DNA of 64,000 bases, taken from positions 678 through 64,677 of the forward strand of contig QBYI01000001.1 of assembly GCA_003282895.1 (NCBI GenBank), read 5' to 3'. The notes under the pieces are model-generated. The model was not told the origin of the DNA. It worked only from the letters and a program-made list of their open reading frames with translations, and ran no database searches. A program made the position numbers and the translations under genes. This document shows, piece by piece, positions 40,778 through 50,916 of this stretch. The stretch comes from Pelagibacteraceae bacterium AG-325-F15. Lineage in GTDB: Bacteria; Pseudomonadota; Alphaproteobacteria; Pelagibacterales; Pelagibacteraceae. Position 1 is the stretch's first letter, and every line of letters begins with the position of its first letter.

Positions 40778-41221
40778 ATGGAAATAGCAGTTTTAGGATT
40801 GGGATGTTTTTGGGGTCCAGAAATAAAGTTTAGTAAACTTGATGGAGTGATTAAAACTGAAGTAGGATATTGTGGTGGTAACAGCACAAAAACAAGTTAC
40901 AAAGAAGTTTGCACGGGTGAAACAAATCATGCTGAAGTAGTAAAGTTAGATTTTGATCCTAAAATAATATCATATGAAAAAATTATAAAATATTTTTTTG
41001 AATTTCACGATCCAACAACTTTAAACTCTCAAGGTCCAGATTTTGGTACACAATATAGAAGTGAAATTTTTTACTTAAACGATAAACAGAAGATAATGGC
41101 AGAAAAAATATTAAATGATGAAAATAAAAAATTATCTGGAAAAGTTGTAACTAGAGTTTCTGTAGTCAAAAACTATTGTCCAGCTGAAGAATATCACCAA
41201 AAATATTTAGAAAAAAGATAA
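40778..41221 (+). CDS. msrA: Peptide methionine sulfoxide reductase A
   Basis: GCFWG, HAEVV, HDPTT, GTQYRS, AEEYHQKY. Confidence 0.95.
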   Translation: MEIAVLGLGCFWGPEIKFSKLDGVIKTEVGYCGGNSTKTSYKEVCTGETNHAEVVKLDFDPKIISYEKIIKYFFEFHDPTTLNSQGPDFGTQYRSEIFYLNDKQKIMAEKILNDENKKLSGKVVTRVSVVKNYCPAEEYHQKYLEKR

Positions 41222-41222
41222 G

Positions 41223-42035
41223 ATGTCCTTAGTCAGTTCGGATTGGTTAGAGAAGAATATTGATAATGTAAAAATAATAGATTGCTCCTGGCACATGCCA
41301 CAAGCTCAAAGAAATGGTTTTGAGGAATATAAGAAAGACCACATACCCAATGCAATTTTTTTTGATTTAGATAAAAATTCAAAGGTAGATACAGATTTGC
41401 CACATATGTTGACTGATATTAACTCCTGGGAATTAATTATGAATAGTATGGGTATTTCAAATGAAGATGAAATAGTAATTTATGATAACTCAGATGTAAT
41501 AAGTTCTTGTCGATGTTGGTATAATTTAATTTATTTTGGTCATGATCCCAAACTTGTTCATGTTCTTGACGGGGGACTTAAGAAATGGAAAAAAGAAAAT
41601 AAAATTACAAATAATAAAGAGGCGATCATCAAAACCTCTGTATATACATGTAAAGAAAATAAAGAATTTGTTAAAAATAAAAAACAGATAGATGAAAACA
41701 TTGATACAAAAGAATTTAATGTTATTGATGCAAGAAGCAAAGAAAGATTTGAGGGTAAAGTTGAAGAGCCTAGAAAAGGTTTAAGAAGTGGATCAATAAA
41801 AAATTCTTTTTGTTTACCTTTTTCCGAATTAATAAATGATGATCATACTTTTATAAGTAAAGATAAAATTAAAACCCAGTTTGAGTTATTAAAATTAAAT
41901 CAAGATAAAAATTTAGTATTTTCCTGTGGTTCAGGAGTGACTGCAAGTGTATTGGCACTAGCTTATTCCTTAATAAATGATAAATATATGCCGACAATTT
42001 ACGACGGTTCATGGTCTGAGTATGGGAAAAACTAA
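41223..42035 (+). CDS. sseA: 3-mercaptopyruvate sulfurtransferase
   Basis: HIPNA, LPHML, LDGG, active loop CGSGVT, YDGSWSEY. Confidence 0.92.
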   Translation: MSLVSSDWLEKNIDNVKIIDCSWHMPQAQRNGFEEYKKDHIPNAIFFDLDKNSKVDTDLPHMLTDINSWELIMNSMGISNEDEIVIYDNSDVISSCRCWYNLIYFGHDPKLVHVLDGGLKKWKKENKITNNKEAIIKTSVYTCKENKEFVKNKKQIDENIDTKEFNVIDARSKERFEGKVEEPRKGLRSGSIKNSFCLPFSELINDDHTFISKDKIKTQFELLKLNQDKNLVFSCGSGVTASVLALAYSLINDKYMPTIYDGSWSEYGKN

Positions 42036-42038
42036 AAT

Positions 42039-43034
42039 ATGAAAAGATCAACAAAAATTATTTCAATAGTATTATTATTCTTTTTTGTCATTGCAGCAGT
42101 AATCATTGCTAGAACAATGATTGGTAATCATTTTAAAAAAAAATTTAGTAAAATACCTCCTCCAGGAATAATTGTAAAAGTTGTTGAACAAAAAATGTTT
42201 CAAAACACAATTGAAACATTTGGAACTGCAGTTCCAGCACAAATTAAATCGTTCAATATTGAAAAATATGAAATTTTAAAGCCTATAAAATATAACACAA
42301 AAGTTAAGGCTGGAGACTTGATTGCTAAACTCAAGAATAGAAATATAACTACTCCTTTTGATGGCATTATTGGTAAGAGAGATTTTTCTAACGATATTGA
42401 TGTATCAGAAAGTTCTATTATAGTAAATCTAGAGGATACATCTATTCTTTTTGTTGATGTAGATATACCTGAAACATTCGCACCGTATGTAAAAAAAGGT
42501 CAAAACGTAGATATAAAATTTTCTGGAAATACTCTTAAAAATTATCCTGGAATTGTAGATTCAACTGCAAGCAGAATTGATACAAACAAAAGATCGCTTC
42601 CAGTAAGAATTAAACTTGAAAACCCTAACAACGAACTTTTATCAGGGTCACTATTAGAAGTATCTATTAATTATAATGAGAGAAATTCATTAAGTATTCT
42701 TGATACCAGTCTGATTATGGAAGGTGATAATGTTTATGTATACAAAGTAGATAAAGAAAATACCGTAAAAAAAGTACCAGTAGAAATTGGACTAAGAAAA
42801 AAAGGAATTGTAGAAATTAAAACTGGCCTAGAAGATGGTGATACAGTAGTTGCCGAAGGCCTTAAAAAAACAAGGCCTAATGGAAAAATTAAACCAATTA
42901 AGTATGGTGCAAAACAAAAAGCCTCAAGTTGGAAAAAAAAAGGTAAGCCAGCTAAAACTGAAACAAAAAAAAATAAATTTGATTGGTTAAAAAATTTAAA
43001 CCCTTTTAAAAAATCTGAGACTGAGAAAAAATAA
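42039..43034 (+). CDS. RND periplasmic adaptor (MFP), lacking the alpha-hairpin
   Basis: N-terminal TM anchor, VKAGDLIAKL..ITTPFDG lipoyl halves, VDIPE, SRID, GLEDGDTVV.EG. Confidence 0.88.
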   Translation: MKRSTKIISIVLLFFFVIAAVIIARTMIGNHFKKKFSKIPPPGIIVKVVEQKMFQNTIETFGTAVPAQIKSFNIEKYEILKPIKYNTKVKAGDLIAKLKNRNITTPFDGIIGKRDFSNDIDVSESSIIVNLEDTSILFVDVDIPETFAPYVKKGQNVDIKFSGNTLKNYPGIVDSTASRIDTNKRSLPVRIKLENPNNELLSGSLLEVSINYNERNSLSILDTSLIMEGDNVYVYKVDKENTVKKVPVEIGLRKKGIVEIKTGLEDGDTVVAEGLKKTRPNGKIKPIKYGAKQKASSWKKKGKPAKTETKKNKFDWLKNLNPFKKSETEKK

Positions 43035-43038
43035 ATAG

Positions 43039-46000
43039 ATGTACATCACTGAAGTAAGCATAAAACGACCTGTTGTAGCATGGGTTATGTCTTTAATTCT
43101 TATTGTATTTGGTTTATTTGTTTACTCAGAACTACCAGTTAGAGAGTTACCAGATGGTTTGCAACCACCTGTAGTCCAAGTCAAAGTTGATTATAAGTCT
43201 GCATCAGCTCCAATTATCGATCAAGAAATAACTCAAGTAATAGAGGATGTTATAGGAGGTGCTGAAGGTATTAAGAATATCGATTCTAAATCTGAAAATG
43301 GAAGAAGTAGTATTAACATAGAGTTTGATACAGATATTGAACTTGATGATGCTGCAAATGATATAAGAGAAAGAGTAGCAAGAATAGTAGATGCCCTTCC
43401 CTCAGAAGCAGATGCCCCACAAATATTAAAACAAGCGGCTGGTTTCACTACAACAATGTGGCTTTCAGTTTCTTCATTAACATGGTCTGATTTAGAACTT
43501 GGTGATTATGCAGACAGATATTTAGTGGATGCTTTTTCAAGTGTAAAAGGTGTTGGAAGAATTCTACTCGGAGGACTTAGAGAACTAAGTGTAAGAGTTT
43601 GGATTGATCCTATCAAATTAGCTGCAAATGATATGACTATTCAAGAAGTCGAAAATGCACTAAGAAATGAGAATATAAGCTTGCCTGCAGGGACTTTAGA
43701 AGCAGATAATATAGATTTAACAATTAACTTAGATAAATCTTATACAAATATTGATGAATTAAAATTTTTACCAATTAAAAAAACAAAAGATAAAATTGTA
43801 AGATTATCAGATGTTGCAAATGTAGAATTGGGTCCTGTTTCTGAAAAAACATTATTTAAATCTCAAAGTAAAAATAATTTGAATCAAAAAACAGTTGGTA
43901 TAGGGATATACGCAAAAAGTGGTGCCTCAACAGTTGAACTATCAAATGAAATTCAAAAAAAAATTAAAGAAGTTAGAAAAACTTTACCTGATAGCTTAAA
44001 ACTAGATGTTTCATTTAATAGAGCGACATATGTTAAAACAGCTATAAATGAAGTTTATAAAACTTTAGCGATTGCGTTTGTTTTAGTTGTAATAATAATT
44101 TATTTATTTTTGGGAAATATAAAAGCAGTGATTGTTCCTGCTGTAGCGCTACCGGTGAGCTTAATAGCATCATTTTTAGGTATTTATCTATTTGATTTAT
44201 CGATAAATATTTTTGTACTTCTTAGTTTTATACTTGCAATTGGAATTATCACTGATGACTCTGTTATTATGACTGATGCAATATATAGAAGAATAGAAAA
44301 TGGAGAAAGTCCATTGATTGCTGCATATAATGGATCTAAACAAATTACTTTTGCGATAATTGCAACAACTTTAATTTTACTTGCTGTTTTCATTCCATTA
44401 ATTTTTATTAAAGGAATATCTGGAACTTTATTTAGAGAAACTGCTATAGCTTTATCTTTTTCTATAGTTGTCTCATCATTTGTTGCATTAACGCTTTCAC
44501 CAATGCTAGGAAGCAAATTTCTAAATAAAAAAACAAGCTCTGGTTTTTTTGTTAGAAAATTTAATGTTTTTTTTCAAGGTTTTTCTAATTTTTATAGAGA
44601 AACATTAGATTATTGGTTAAATAAAAAGAAAACGATAATAACCTTCATTATTTTAATTATTGCAGGATCTGTTGCTTTATTCATGTACACAACCAAAGAA
44701 CTTCTTCCAAAAGAAGACAGGGGTGTTTATTTGGTTATTGGATTTACTGATGAAGGAAGTTCTTTTGATTACACACAAGAAAAAGCTCAGGTAGTAGAAA
44801 AGAGATTGCTACCATTGCTTCAAACTGAGAATAGTCCTTATGAAAAATTTATAATGAGAGTTCCAGGATTTGGAAGCTCTGCAAATTCATTTAATAGTTT
44901 TATTATTATTGCTTTACTTGAAGACTGGAAAAAACGGGAAAAGGATGCAATGACAATAATGCGAGAGGCTATAGGTAAAATTGTAACTGTGCCTCAAACT
45001 TTAGCATTTCCAATTTCACCCCAATCCATAAGGGTATCTAATTATAATAAACCAGTTCAAATGGTAATTTTGGGAAGTACATATGAAGAACTAGAAAGTA
45101 TTCAAAATGAAGTGATTAGTAAACTTAGAAGAAATAGAGGACTATCTAGAATTGAGTCTGACTATAATAGAAACAAACCAGAAGTAAAATTAGTTATCAA
45201 TAAAAATAAAGCTAAAGATTTAGGAATATCAACTAAATCTATTGGCGAAACATTAGAGACACTATATGGTGGTAAAAAAGTTACCACGTTTAATAAATTG
45301 GGTAAAGAATATCCAATTATTCTTCAACAATATTTATTTGATAGAAAAGATAAAGATAGTTTAAGTAAACTTTTTGTAAGATCTAACATAACTGGAGAAT
45401 TAATCTCATTATCAAACTTAGTTAACCTAAGAGAAGAAGGCTCAGCAAAAGTATTAGCAAGATATGACCGACAAAGAGCTGTAACTATTTCTGCAAATAT
45501 AAATGAAAATTATTCTTTATTTGAGGCTATTGAATATATGGAAAATATAATGGCAGAGGTAGCACCTACTAATCAAATTACTTGGAAAGGTGAGTCTGAG
45601 GAAGTTAAAGAAACAACAAATGAACTTTATATAATTTTTGCCCTTGGTTTACTAACTGCTTATTTAGTAATGGCTGCTACGTTTAACTCATTTATTCATC
45701 CATTTATAATTATGCTAACTGTACCATTAGCGGTTTTTGGAGGACTGGTATTTATTTTATTCTTAAATAGTTCAATAAATATATTTTCTCAAATTGCTTT
45801 GGTAATTCTGATAGGTATCTCAACAAAAAACAGTATTTTAATAGTTGATTATGCAAATCAAATAAGAACCACTGGAAAAAAAATAGAAGACTCAGTTAAA
45901 GAGGCTTGTGAATTAAGATTTAGACCCATTATGATGACATCTATAAGTACCATGATAGCAATGTTACCTTTGGTAATAGGAAATATTGGACCAGGTGCTG

Positions 46001-46167
46001 GTGAAGCTTCAAGATTGGCTGTAGGAGCAACAATACTCGGGGGGATGATAATTTCTACTTTCTTTACACTTTATGTAACTCCAACAATGTATTTAACACT
46101 CGCTAAAAATACAAAAAGAATAGACTCGGTTGATTTAGAGTTAAAAAAAGAATTATCTAAAAAATAA
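43039..46167 (+). CDS. RND efflux permease (AcrB family)
   Basis: 1042 aa; IKRPV; proton-relay motifs GIITDD, TKNSILIV, RFRPIMMT. Confidence 0.95.
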   Translation: MYITEVSIKRPVVAWVMSLILIVFGLFVYSELPVRELPDGLQPPVVQVKVDYKSASAPIIDQEITQVIEDVIGGAEGIKNIDSKSENGRSSINIEFDTDIELDDAANDIRERVARIVDALPSEADAPQILKQAAGFTTTMWLSVSSLTWSDLELGDYADRYLVDAFSSVKGVGRILLGGLRELSVRVWIDPIKLAANDMTIQEVENALRNENISLPAGTLEADNIDLTINLDKSYTNIDELKFLPIKKTKDKIVRLSDVANVELGPVSEKTLFKSQSKNNLNQKTVGIGIYAKSGASTVELSNEIQKKIKEVRKTLPDSLKLDVSFNRATYVKTAINEVYKTLAIAFVLVVIIIYLFLGNIKAVIVPAVALPVSLIASFLGIYLFDLSINIFVLLSFILAIGIITDDSVIMTDAIYRRIENGESPLIAAYNGSKQITFAIIATTLILLAVFIPLIFIKGISGTLFRETAIALSFSIVVSSFVALTLSPMLGSKFLNKKTSSGFFVRKFNVFFQGFSNFYRETLDYWLNKKKTIITFIILIIAGSVALFMYTTKELLPKEDRGVYLVIGFTDEGSSFDYTQEKAQVVEKRLLPLLQTENSPYEKFIMRVPGFGSSANSFNSFIIIALLEDWKKREKDAMTIMREAIGKIVTVPQTLAFPISPQSIRVSNYNKPVQMVILGSTYEELESIQNEVISKLRRNRGLSRIESDYNRNKPEVKLVINKNKAKDLGISTKSIGETLETLYGGKKVTTFNKLGKEYPIILQQYLFDRKDKDSLSKLFVRSNITGELISLSNLVNLREEGSAKVLARYDRQRAVTISANINENYSLFEAIEYMENIMAEVAPTNQITWKGESEEVKETTNELYIIFALGLLTAYLVMAATFNSFIHPFIIMLTVPLAVFGGLVFILFLNSSINIFSQIALVILIGISTKNSILIVDYANQIRTTGKKIEDSVKEACELRFRPIMMTSISTMIAMLPLVIGNIGPGAGEASRLAVGATILGGMIISTFFTLYVTPTMYLTLAKNTKRIDSVDLELKKELSKK

Positions 46168-46756
46168 TATATTTATTTGTATTTAACGAGCTACTACATT
46201 CTTTTAGTTGATTTTTATAAACATTAGATTGTTTCTCAACTCTTTTTGCTAGATTGATAATCTTTTTATTTTTTTTGTAATATTTAAAATTTCCCCATCC
46301 TTCATGATAAGCAACATACTGTTTAAAAGCATCAGTTTTAGAAATTTTTAAAATAGAGCTTGATTTATTAGTATACCATCCAATGAAATCAACACTATCT
46401 TTAAACCTAGTTCTTACTGCAAGCTTATTTCCTGTTTCTTTTTTATATTGTTCCCAGGTGCCATTAACTGCTTGAGAATAACCAAATGAACTTGAGGGTC
46501 TTTTATAAGGAATTACTTTAAAAAGTTTTTGTCTAGGAGGTTTAGCAAGCCAATCAAAATTAGACTCCATTTTAATAATAGCGAGCTGTAAATAAACAGG
46601 GGTTCCCCATTTTTTTTCTGATTTATTGGCATGTTTAAACCATAAATATCTTTCATTAAATATTGAACAACTATTTGATGTGTTTGATGGTACCGAAGAA
46701 CAAGCTGAAATGAAAAACAATATTATAAAAAATAAGTTAATTTTAAAAATTTTCAT
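46157..46756 (-). CDS. Lytic-transglycosylase-like (SLT) lipoprotein
   Basis: Lipobox ISAC; KMESNF catalytic Glu, GYSQA, AYHEGWG. Confidence 0.78.
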   Translation of the reverse strand: MKIFKINLFFIILFFISACSSVPSNTSNSCSIFNERYLWFKHANKSEKKWGTPVYLQLAIIKMESNFDWLAKPPRQKLFKVIPYKRPSSSFGYSQAVNGTWEQYKKETGNKLAVRTRFKDSVDFIGWYTNKSSSILKISKTDAFKQYVAYHEGWGNFKYYKKNKKIINLAKRVEKQSNVYKNQLKECSSSLNTNKYIIF

Positions 46757-46806
46757 ATAATCTTATTAGTAGTTATAATTTATAAATTAAATTAAAAGAT
46801 TAACAA

Positions 46807-47520
46807 ATGAGTTATTTAATTTTAGTAAGACACGGCCAAAGTATATGGAATCTTGAAAAAAAATTCACAGGCTGGGTTGATGTAGACTTGACCGAAAATG
46901 GAAAATCTGAAGCTATAAAAGCTGGTGAACTGATAAAAACGAAAAATATAAATATTGATATTTATTATTCATCTTTTCAATTAAGGGCAAAAAACACCTT
47001 AAAACTAATAAAACAAACATTACAAGATACTAAAGTTTCAAAAGAAGCCTGGCAATTAAATGAACGACACTATGGATCTCTGACAGGTTTAAATAAAGAT
47101 GAAATGAAATTAAAACTTGGTGAAGAAAAAGTTCATCAATTTAGACGTTCGTGGGATTTACGACCAGACCCATTAGATAAAAAAAATCCTTACCATCCTA
47201 TTAATATTAATACTTATAAAGAAGTACCAATTGATAAAATTCCAGACACAGAGTCTCTTAAAGATACTTATGAAAGAGTATTAGAGTATTATAAAAAAGA
47301 AATTGAAAAAGAAATTTCAAAAAATAATATTTTAATATCTGCACACGGAAATTCTATTAGAGCATTATGTAAATACTTATTTAAATTAGATGAAAATCAA
47401 ATATCTAAATTGGAGATTCCAACTGGCAATCCACTATTAATAAATTTAGATAACGAGAATAAAATTACAGATTGTAAATACTTAGATAAAAAAAGAGCTA
47501 AAGACCTTGTAGTTTTCTAA
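46807..47520 (+). CDS. gpmA: 2,3-BPG-dependent phosphoglycerate mutase
   Basis: LVRHGQS, FTGW.D, LNERHYG, AHGNSIR. Confidence 0.96.
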   Translation: MSYLILVRHGQSIWNLEKKFTGWVDVDLTENGKSEAIKAGELIKTKNINIDIYYSSFQLRAKNTLKLIKQTLQDTKVSKEAWQLNERHYGSLTGLNKDEMKLKLGEEKVHQFRRSWDLRPDPLDKKNPYHPININTYKEVPIDKIPDTESLKDTYERVLEYYKKEIEKEISKNNILISAHGNSIRALCKYLFKLDENQISKLEIPTGNPLLINLDNENKITDCKYLDKKRAKDLVVF

Positions 47521-48187
47521 AAGTTTCAAGATCAGTTAAGTGATAAAAATTATTATTAGTTTCAAAGCCAAATAATTCTTTTTTTTCAATTAGATCATTC
47601 CACACATTTGTTATGGAAAATTTTTTATCTGAATATTTAGAAAGAAGAGTTTTATTCATAATTTGGCATCCTGTATAAATAAATTTACTCTCATTATTTT
47701 TTATAATCAAATTTTCTTTTAGATCAAAATCTCCATTTAAATTTTTATCGAAACTTAATTCTTTTTTTACCAGTAAAAGTATATTTTTAAGTTTTTTTGA
47801 AAAATATATATTTTCCATTTTAATAATTTCATTGGAATAATTTTTTTCCCATATTGTGTCTGGATTAAATATTAAAACATTTTCTTCATTTGTATGTTTC
47901 ATCATATTGCTAATGCCACCTCCTGTATCAAGAATATTCTCTCCATCTTCAACAATCGTAATTTTAGAATTAAATTTTTTATGATTTAAAAAGTCATGAA
48001 TTTGATCTTTTAAATAAAAAGTATTAAGAATAATTTGTTGTATACCTAAATTTTCAATTAGATTAATACAAGTTTCAAGAACTGTAATATTGTTTAATTT
48101 GATTAAAGGTTTAGGGGTTTCTAGTGTTAACGGATTTAATCTTTTTCCAAACCCTGCACATAAAATAAAAGCTGTATTAATTCTCAT
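47498..48187 (-). CDS. murU: MurNAc-alpha-1-phosphate uridylyltransferase-like nucleotidyltransferase
   Basis: LCAGFGKRLNPLT..PKPL, LDTGGG; follows an amgK-like kinase. Confidence 0.75.
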   Translation of the reverse strand: MRINTAFILCAGFGKRLNPLTLETPKPLIKLNNITVLETCINLIENLGIQQIILNTFYLKDQIHDFLNHKKFNSKITIVEDGENILDTGGGISNMMKHTNEENVLIFNPDTIWEKNYSNEIIKMENIYFSKKLKNILLLVKKELSFDKNLNGDFDLKENLIIKNNESKFIYTGCQIMNKTLLSKYSDKKFSITNVWNDLIEKKELFGFETNNNFYHLTDLETFRKLQGL

Positions 48188-48188
48188 T

Positions 48189-49139
48189 TTACCTGGTGAT
48201 AAATTTAGGAAAATTTGATGCTAATAACAACTTCAAATTATTTAAGTCTTTATTTTTACTTAACCTGTTATCAATCATCTTCCAGGCATATGGAATAAGC
48301 TTTAAATATTTTCTTTTTTTATCTCTTTCTGCCAATCTCATGAATATTCCAATAATCTTTAGATTTCTAAGAACTGATAAAATATCAAAATCGTTCTTGA
48401 ACTTATCTGCATTAATTTGTTTATTAGTGTTTAAATAATATTTGTACAATTTATCTTTTAATGAATTAGGCGTTTTGTATCTAACATCATCAATTAAAGA
48501 GGCTAAATCGTAAGCTTTGTTGCCAAAAAGAGCATCTTGAGTATCAATTAATCCAATTTGATTTTTAAAATTTATGATTAGGTTAGAAACATGAAAATCT
48601 CTATGAACAAAAGTATCATTTTTAAAATTTAAATTTGATAATAATGCCTTTATTTCTTTATTAAATTTGTTGTTAAAAGTCTTGATTTTTTTTTTATTTA
48701 ATCTTTTTGGAACATACCAATAGCTAAATAACTTTGTCTCATCAAATAAAATCTTACTTTTATAATCTTTGATTAGATAAAATTTATTTCTGAAATTTTT
48801 AATCTTTTTATCTTTAATTAATTGAATTTTATTTAAAGAATTAATTGCTTTTTTAAATATTATATATTGATTTTTTTTATTTTTTGAAAATATTTGATAA
48901 ACAGTTTTTTTTCCTAAATCCTGTATTTCAATATAATTTTTTTTATAATTTTGACTTATTAGTTTAGGAGCTATTATATTATTTTTGATTAAAATTTTAT
49001 TTATTGAGTCATAAATTAATAAATTTTTAATTTTTTCTTTGTTTGCAAATACTATAATTGAATTTTTTTTGGTGTTTCTATAAAATTTTCTAAAAGAAGC
49101 ATCTCCTTTAATTTCCTTAAAATCTTTTGAAAGTTTCAT
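48189..49139 (-). CDS. amgK: Anomeric MurNAc/GlcNAc kinase (APH fold)
   Basis: GDASFRKFYR, HRDFH..NL, IDTQDA, YDLASL, GIF.RL..RD.K..Y. Confidence 0.82.
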   Translation of the reverse strand: MKLSKDFKEIKGDASFRKFYRNTKKNSIIVFANKEKIKNLLIYDSINKILIKNNIIAPKLISQNYKKNYIEIQDLGKKTVYQIFSKNKKNQYIIFKKAINSLNKIQLIKDKKIKNFRNKFYLIKDYKSKILFDETKLFSYWYVPKRLNKKKIKTFNNKFNKEIKALLSNLNFKNDTFVHRDFHVSNLIINFKNQIGLIDTQDALFGNKAYDLASLIDDVRYKTPNSLKDKLYKYYLNTNKQINADKFKNDFDILSVLRNLKIIGIFMRLAERDKKRKYLKLIPYAWKMIDNRLSKNKDLNNLKLLLASNFPKFITR

Positions 49140-49148
49140 ATTAAAAAA

Positions 49149-49604
49149 TCAGTCTAAACCATCGATTTTTACAGATCTATTATTTAATTCATTTTCATAG
49201 TTAAATATTAAATGTATAGTCTTCTTAAAATCTCCTTTGCTAATTAACTCAGGCCATTCAATAAGTGTTATTATATTTTGATTTATATCAAACAGATCTA
49301 AATTTTTTAATTCAGACTCATCTTTCAATCTAAATAAATCATAATGTTTAATAATTAAATCATCTGCCTCATACTCATTAAGTAAGTTAAAAGTTGGACT
49401 TGATACTTCTGTAGTTTTTAGTCTTTTTTTCTTTTGAAATTGATTAATTAAATATTTTACAAAAGTAGTTTTGCCCACCCCCATTTCTCCATATAAAAAA
49501 ATTACTTCTCCACCTTTAAGATAATTAGAAAAATTTTTCGCTAATTCTTTTGTCGTCTCTTCTGAGGATATATCTATTAAGCTATTTTTAATAGCGATAG
49601 GCAT
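49149..49604 (-). CDS. tsaE: tRNA t6A biosynthesis ATPase
   Basis: [24 protein letters not shown]. Confidence 0.93.
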   Translation of the reverse strand: MPIAIKNSLIDISSEETTKELAKNFSNYLKGGEVIFLYGEMGVGKTTFVKYLINQFQKKKRLKTTEVSSPTFNLLNEYEADDLIIKHYDLFRLKDESELKNLDLFDINQNIITLIEWPELISKGDFKKTIHLIFNYENELNNRSVKIDGLD

Positions 49605-50874
49605 CTGGTTTGAAAGGACCTTCTGTCCCAACACTTATATAGTCCGCTTGTTCTTTCGATAATTTAGTAAGTTTAGCCCCAACTTTTTTTAAATGAAGCA
49701 TTGCAACTTTTTCATCCAAATGTTTTGGAAGAACATAAACTTTGTTTTCATAGTTTTTATGATTATTCCAAAGCTCTATTTGTGCAATTACTTGATTTGT
49801 AAATGAAGCACTCATTACAAAACTTGGGTGACCAGTAGCACAACCCAAATTTACTAATCTTCCCTCTGCTAATAGAATAATTCTTTTTTTACTTGGCAAT
49901 TCTATTTCGTGAACTTGTGGTTTAACCTCTGTCCATTTATAATTTTTCAATGCCTCAACTTGTATTTCGTTATCGAAATGACCAATGTTACATAAAATTG
50001 CTCTATCTTTCATATCTCTCATATGATCAGCTGTAACTATGTCTTTATTGCCAGTTGCAGTTACAACAATATCTGCTCGACTAATAGCTTCTTCCATTAA
50101 AACAACTTCATAACCTTCCATTGCAGCTTGAAGAGCACAAATTGGATCAGCCTCTGTTACTAAAACTCTTGCTCCACTTTGTCTTAATGATGCAGCACTT
50201 CCCTTACCTACGTCTCCAAAACCTGCAACAACAGCAATTTTTCCTGACATCATAACATCCGTAGCTCTTCTAATTCCATCAACTAAACTTTCTCTACAAC
50301 CATACAAATTATCAAATTTTGATTTCGTTACAGAGTCATTTACATTGATTGCTGGCACTAAAAGTGAGTTATCTTTTTCCATTTTATTTAAAGCTTTGAT
50401 TCCAGTTGTGGTTTCTTCAGAAACACCTTTAATATCTTTCATCAGATCTTGATACTCATTATGCATGATTGCAGTTAAATCACCACCGTCATCTAAGAGC
50501 ATATTTGGTTTCCAATCTGGTTTTCCAATTATAGTTTGCTTAATACACCATAAATATTCTTCTTCAGTTTCACCTTTCCAAGCAAAAACTGGTATACCTG
50601 CTTTAGCAATTGCTGCAGCTGCATGGTCTTGTGTTGAAAATATATTACAAGAAGACCATCTAACGTCAGCTCCTAAAGCAACTAGTGTTTCTATTAGTAC
50701 CGCAGTTTGGATTGTCATGTGCAAGCATCCGATAATTCTTGCTCCATTTAAAGGTTTAGAATCTGAATATTCCTCTCGTAATGCCATTAAACCTGGCATT
50801 TCACTTTCTGCAATTGAAATTTCTTTTCTACCAAATTCAGCAGACGATATATCTTTTACTTTAAAATCTTCCAT
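49588..50874 (-). CDS. ahcY: Adenosylhomocysteinase
   Basis: [35 protein letters not shown]. Confidence 0.98.
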   Translation of the reverse strand: MEDFKVKDISSAEFGRKEISIAESEMPGLMALREEYSDSKPLNGARIIGCLHMTIQTAVLIETLVALGADVRWSSCNIFSTQDHAAAAIAKAGIPVFAWKGETEEEYLWCIKQTIIGKPDWKPNMLLDDGGDLTAIMHNEYQDLMKDIKGVSEETTTGIKALNKMEKDNSLLVPAINVNDSVTKSKFDNLYGCRESLVDGIRRATDVMMSGKIAVVAGFGDVGKGSAASLRQSGARVLVTEADPICALQAAMEGYEVVLMEEAISRADIVVTATGNKDIVTADHMRDMKDRAILCNIGHFDNEIQVEALKNYKWTEVKPQVHEIELPSKKRIILLAEGRLVNLGCATGHPSFVMSASFTNQVIAQIELWNNHKNYENKVYVLPKHLDEKVAMLHLKKVGAKLTKLSKEQADYISVGTEGPFKPDAYRY

Positions 50875-50916
50875 GAGAGAACTTATATAACTAAGTATTA
50901 ATTAATCAATAAGAGA

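Noticed and set aside
48189-49139. Aminoglycoside phosphotransferase resistance gene
   Set aside because: The tsaE-kinase-nucleotidyltransferase context and GDASFR motif indicate AmgK, a cell-wall recycling kinase
50875-50916. SAH or SAM riboswitch upstream of ahcY
   Set aside because: Only 42 AT-rich bp, with no room or consensus for an aptamer
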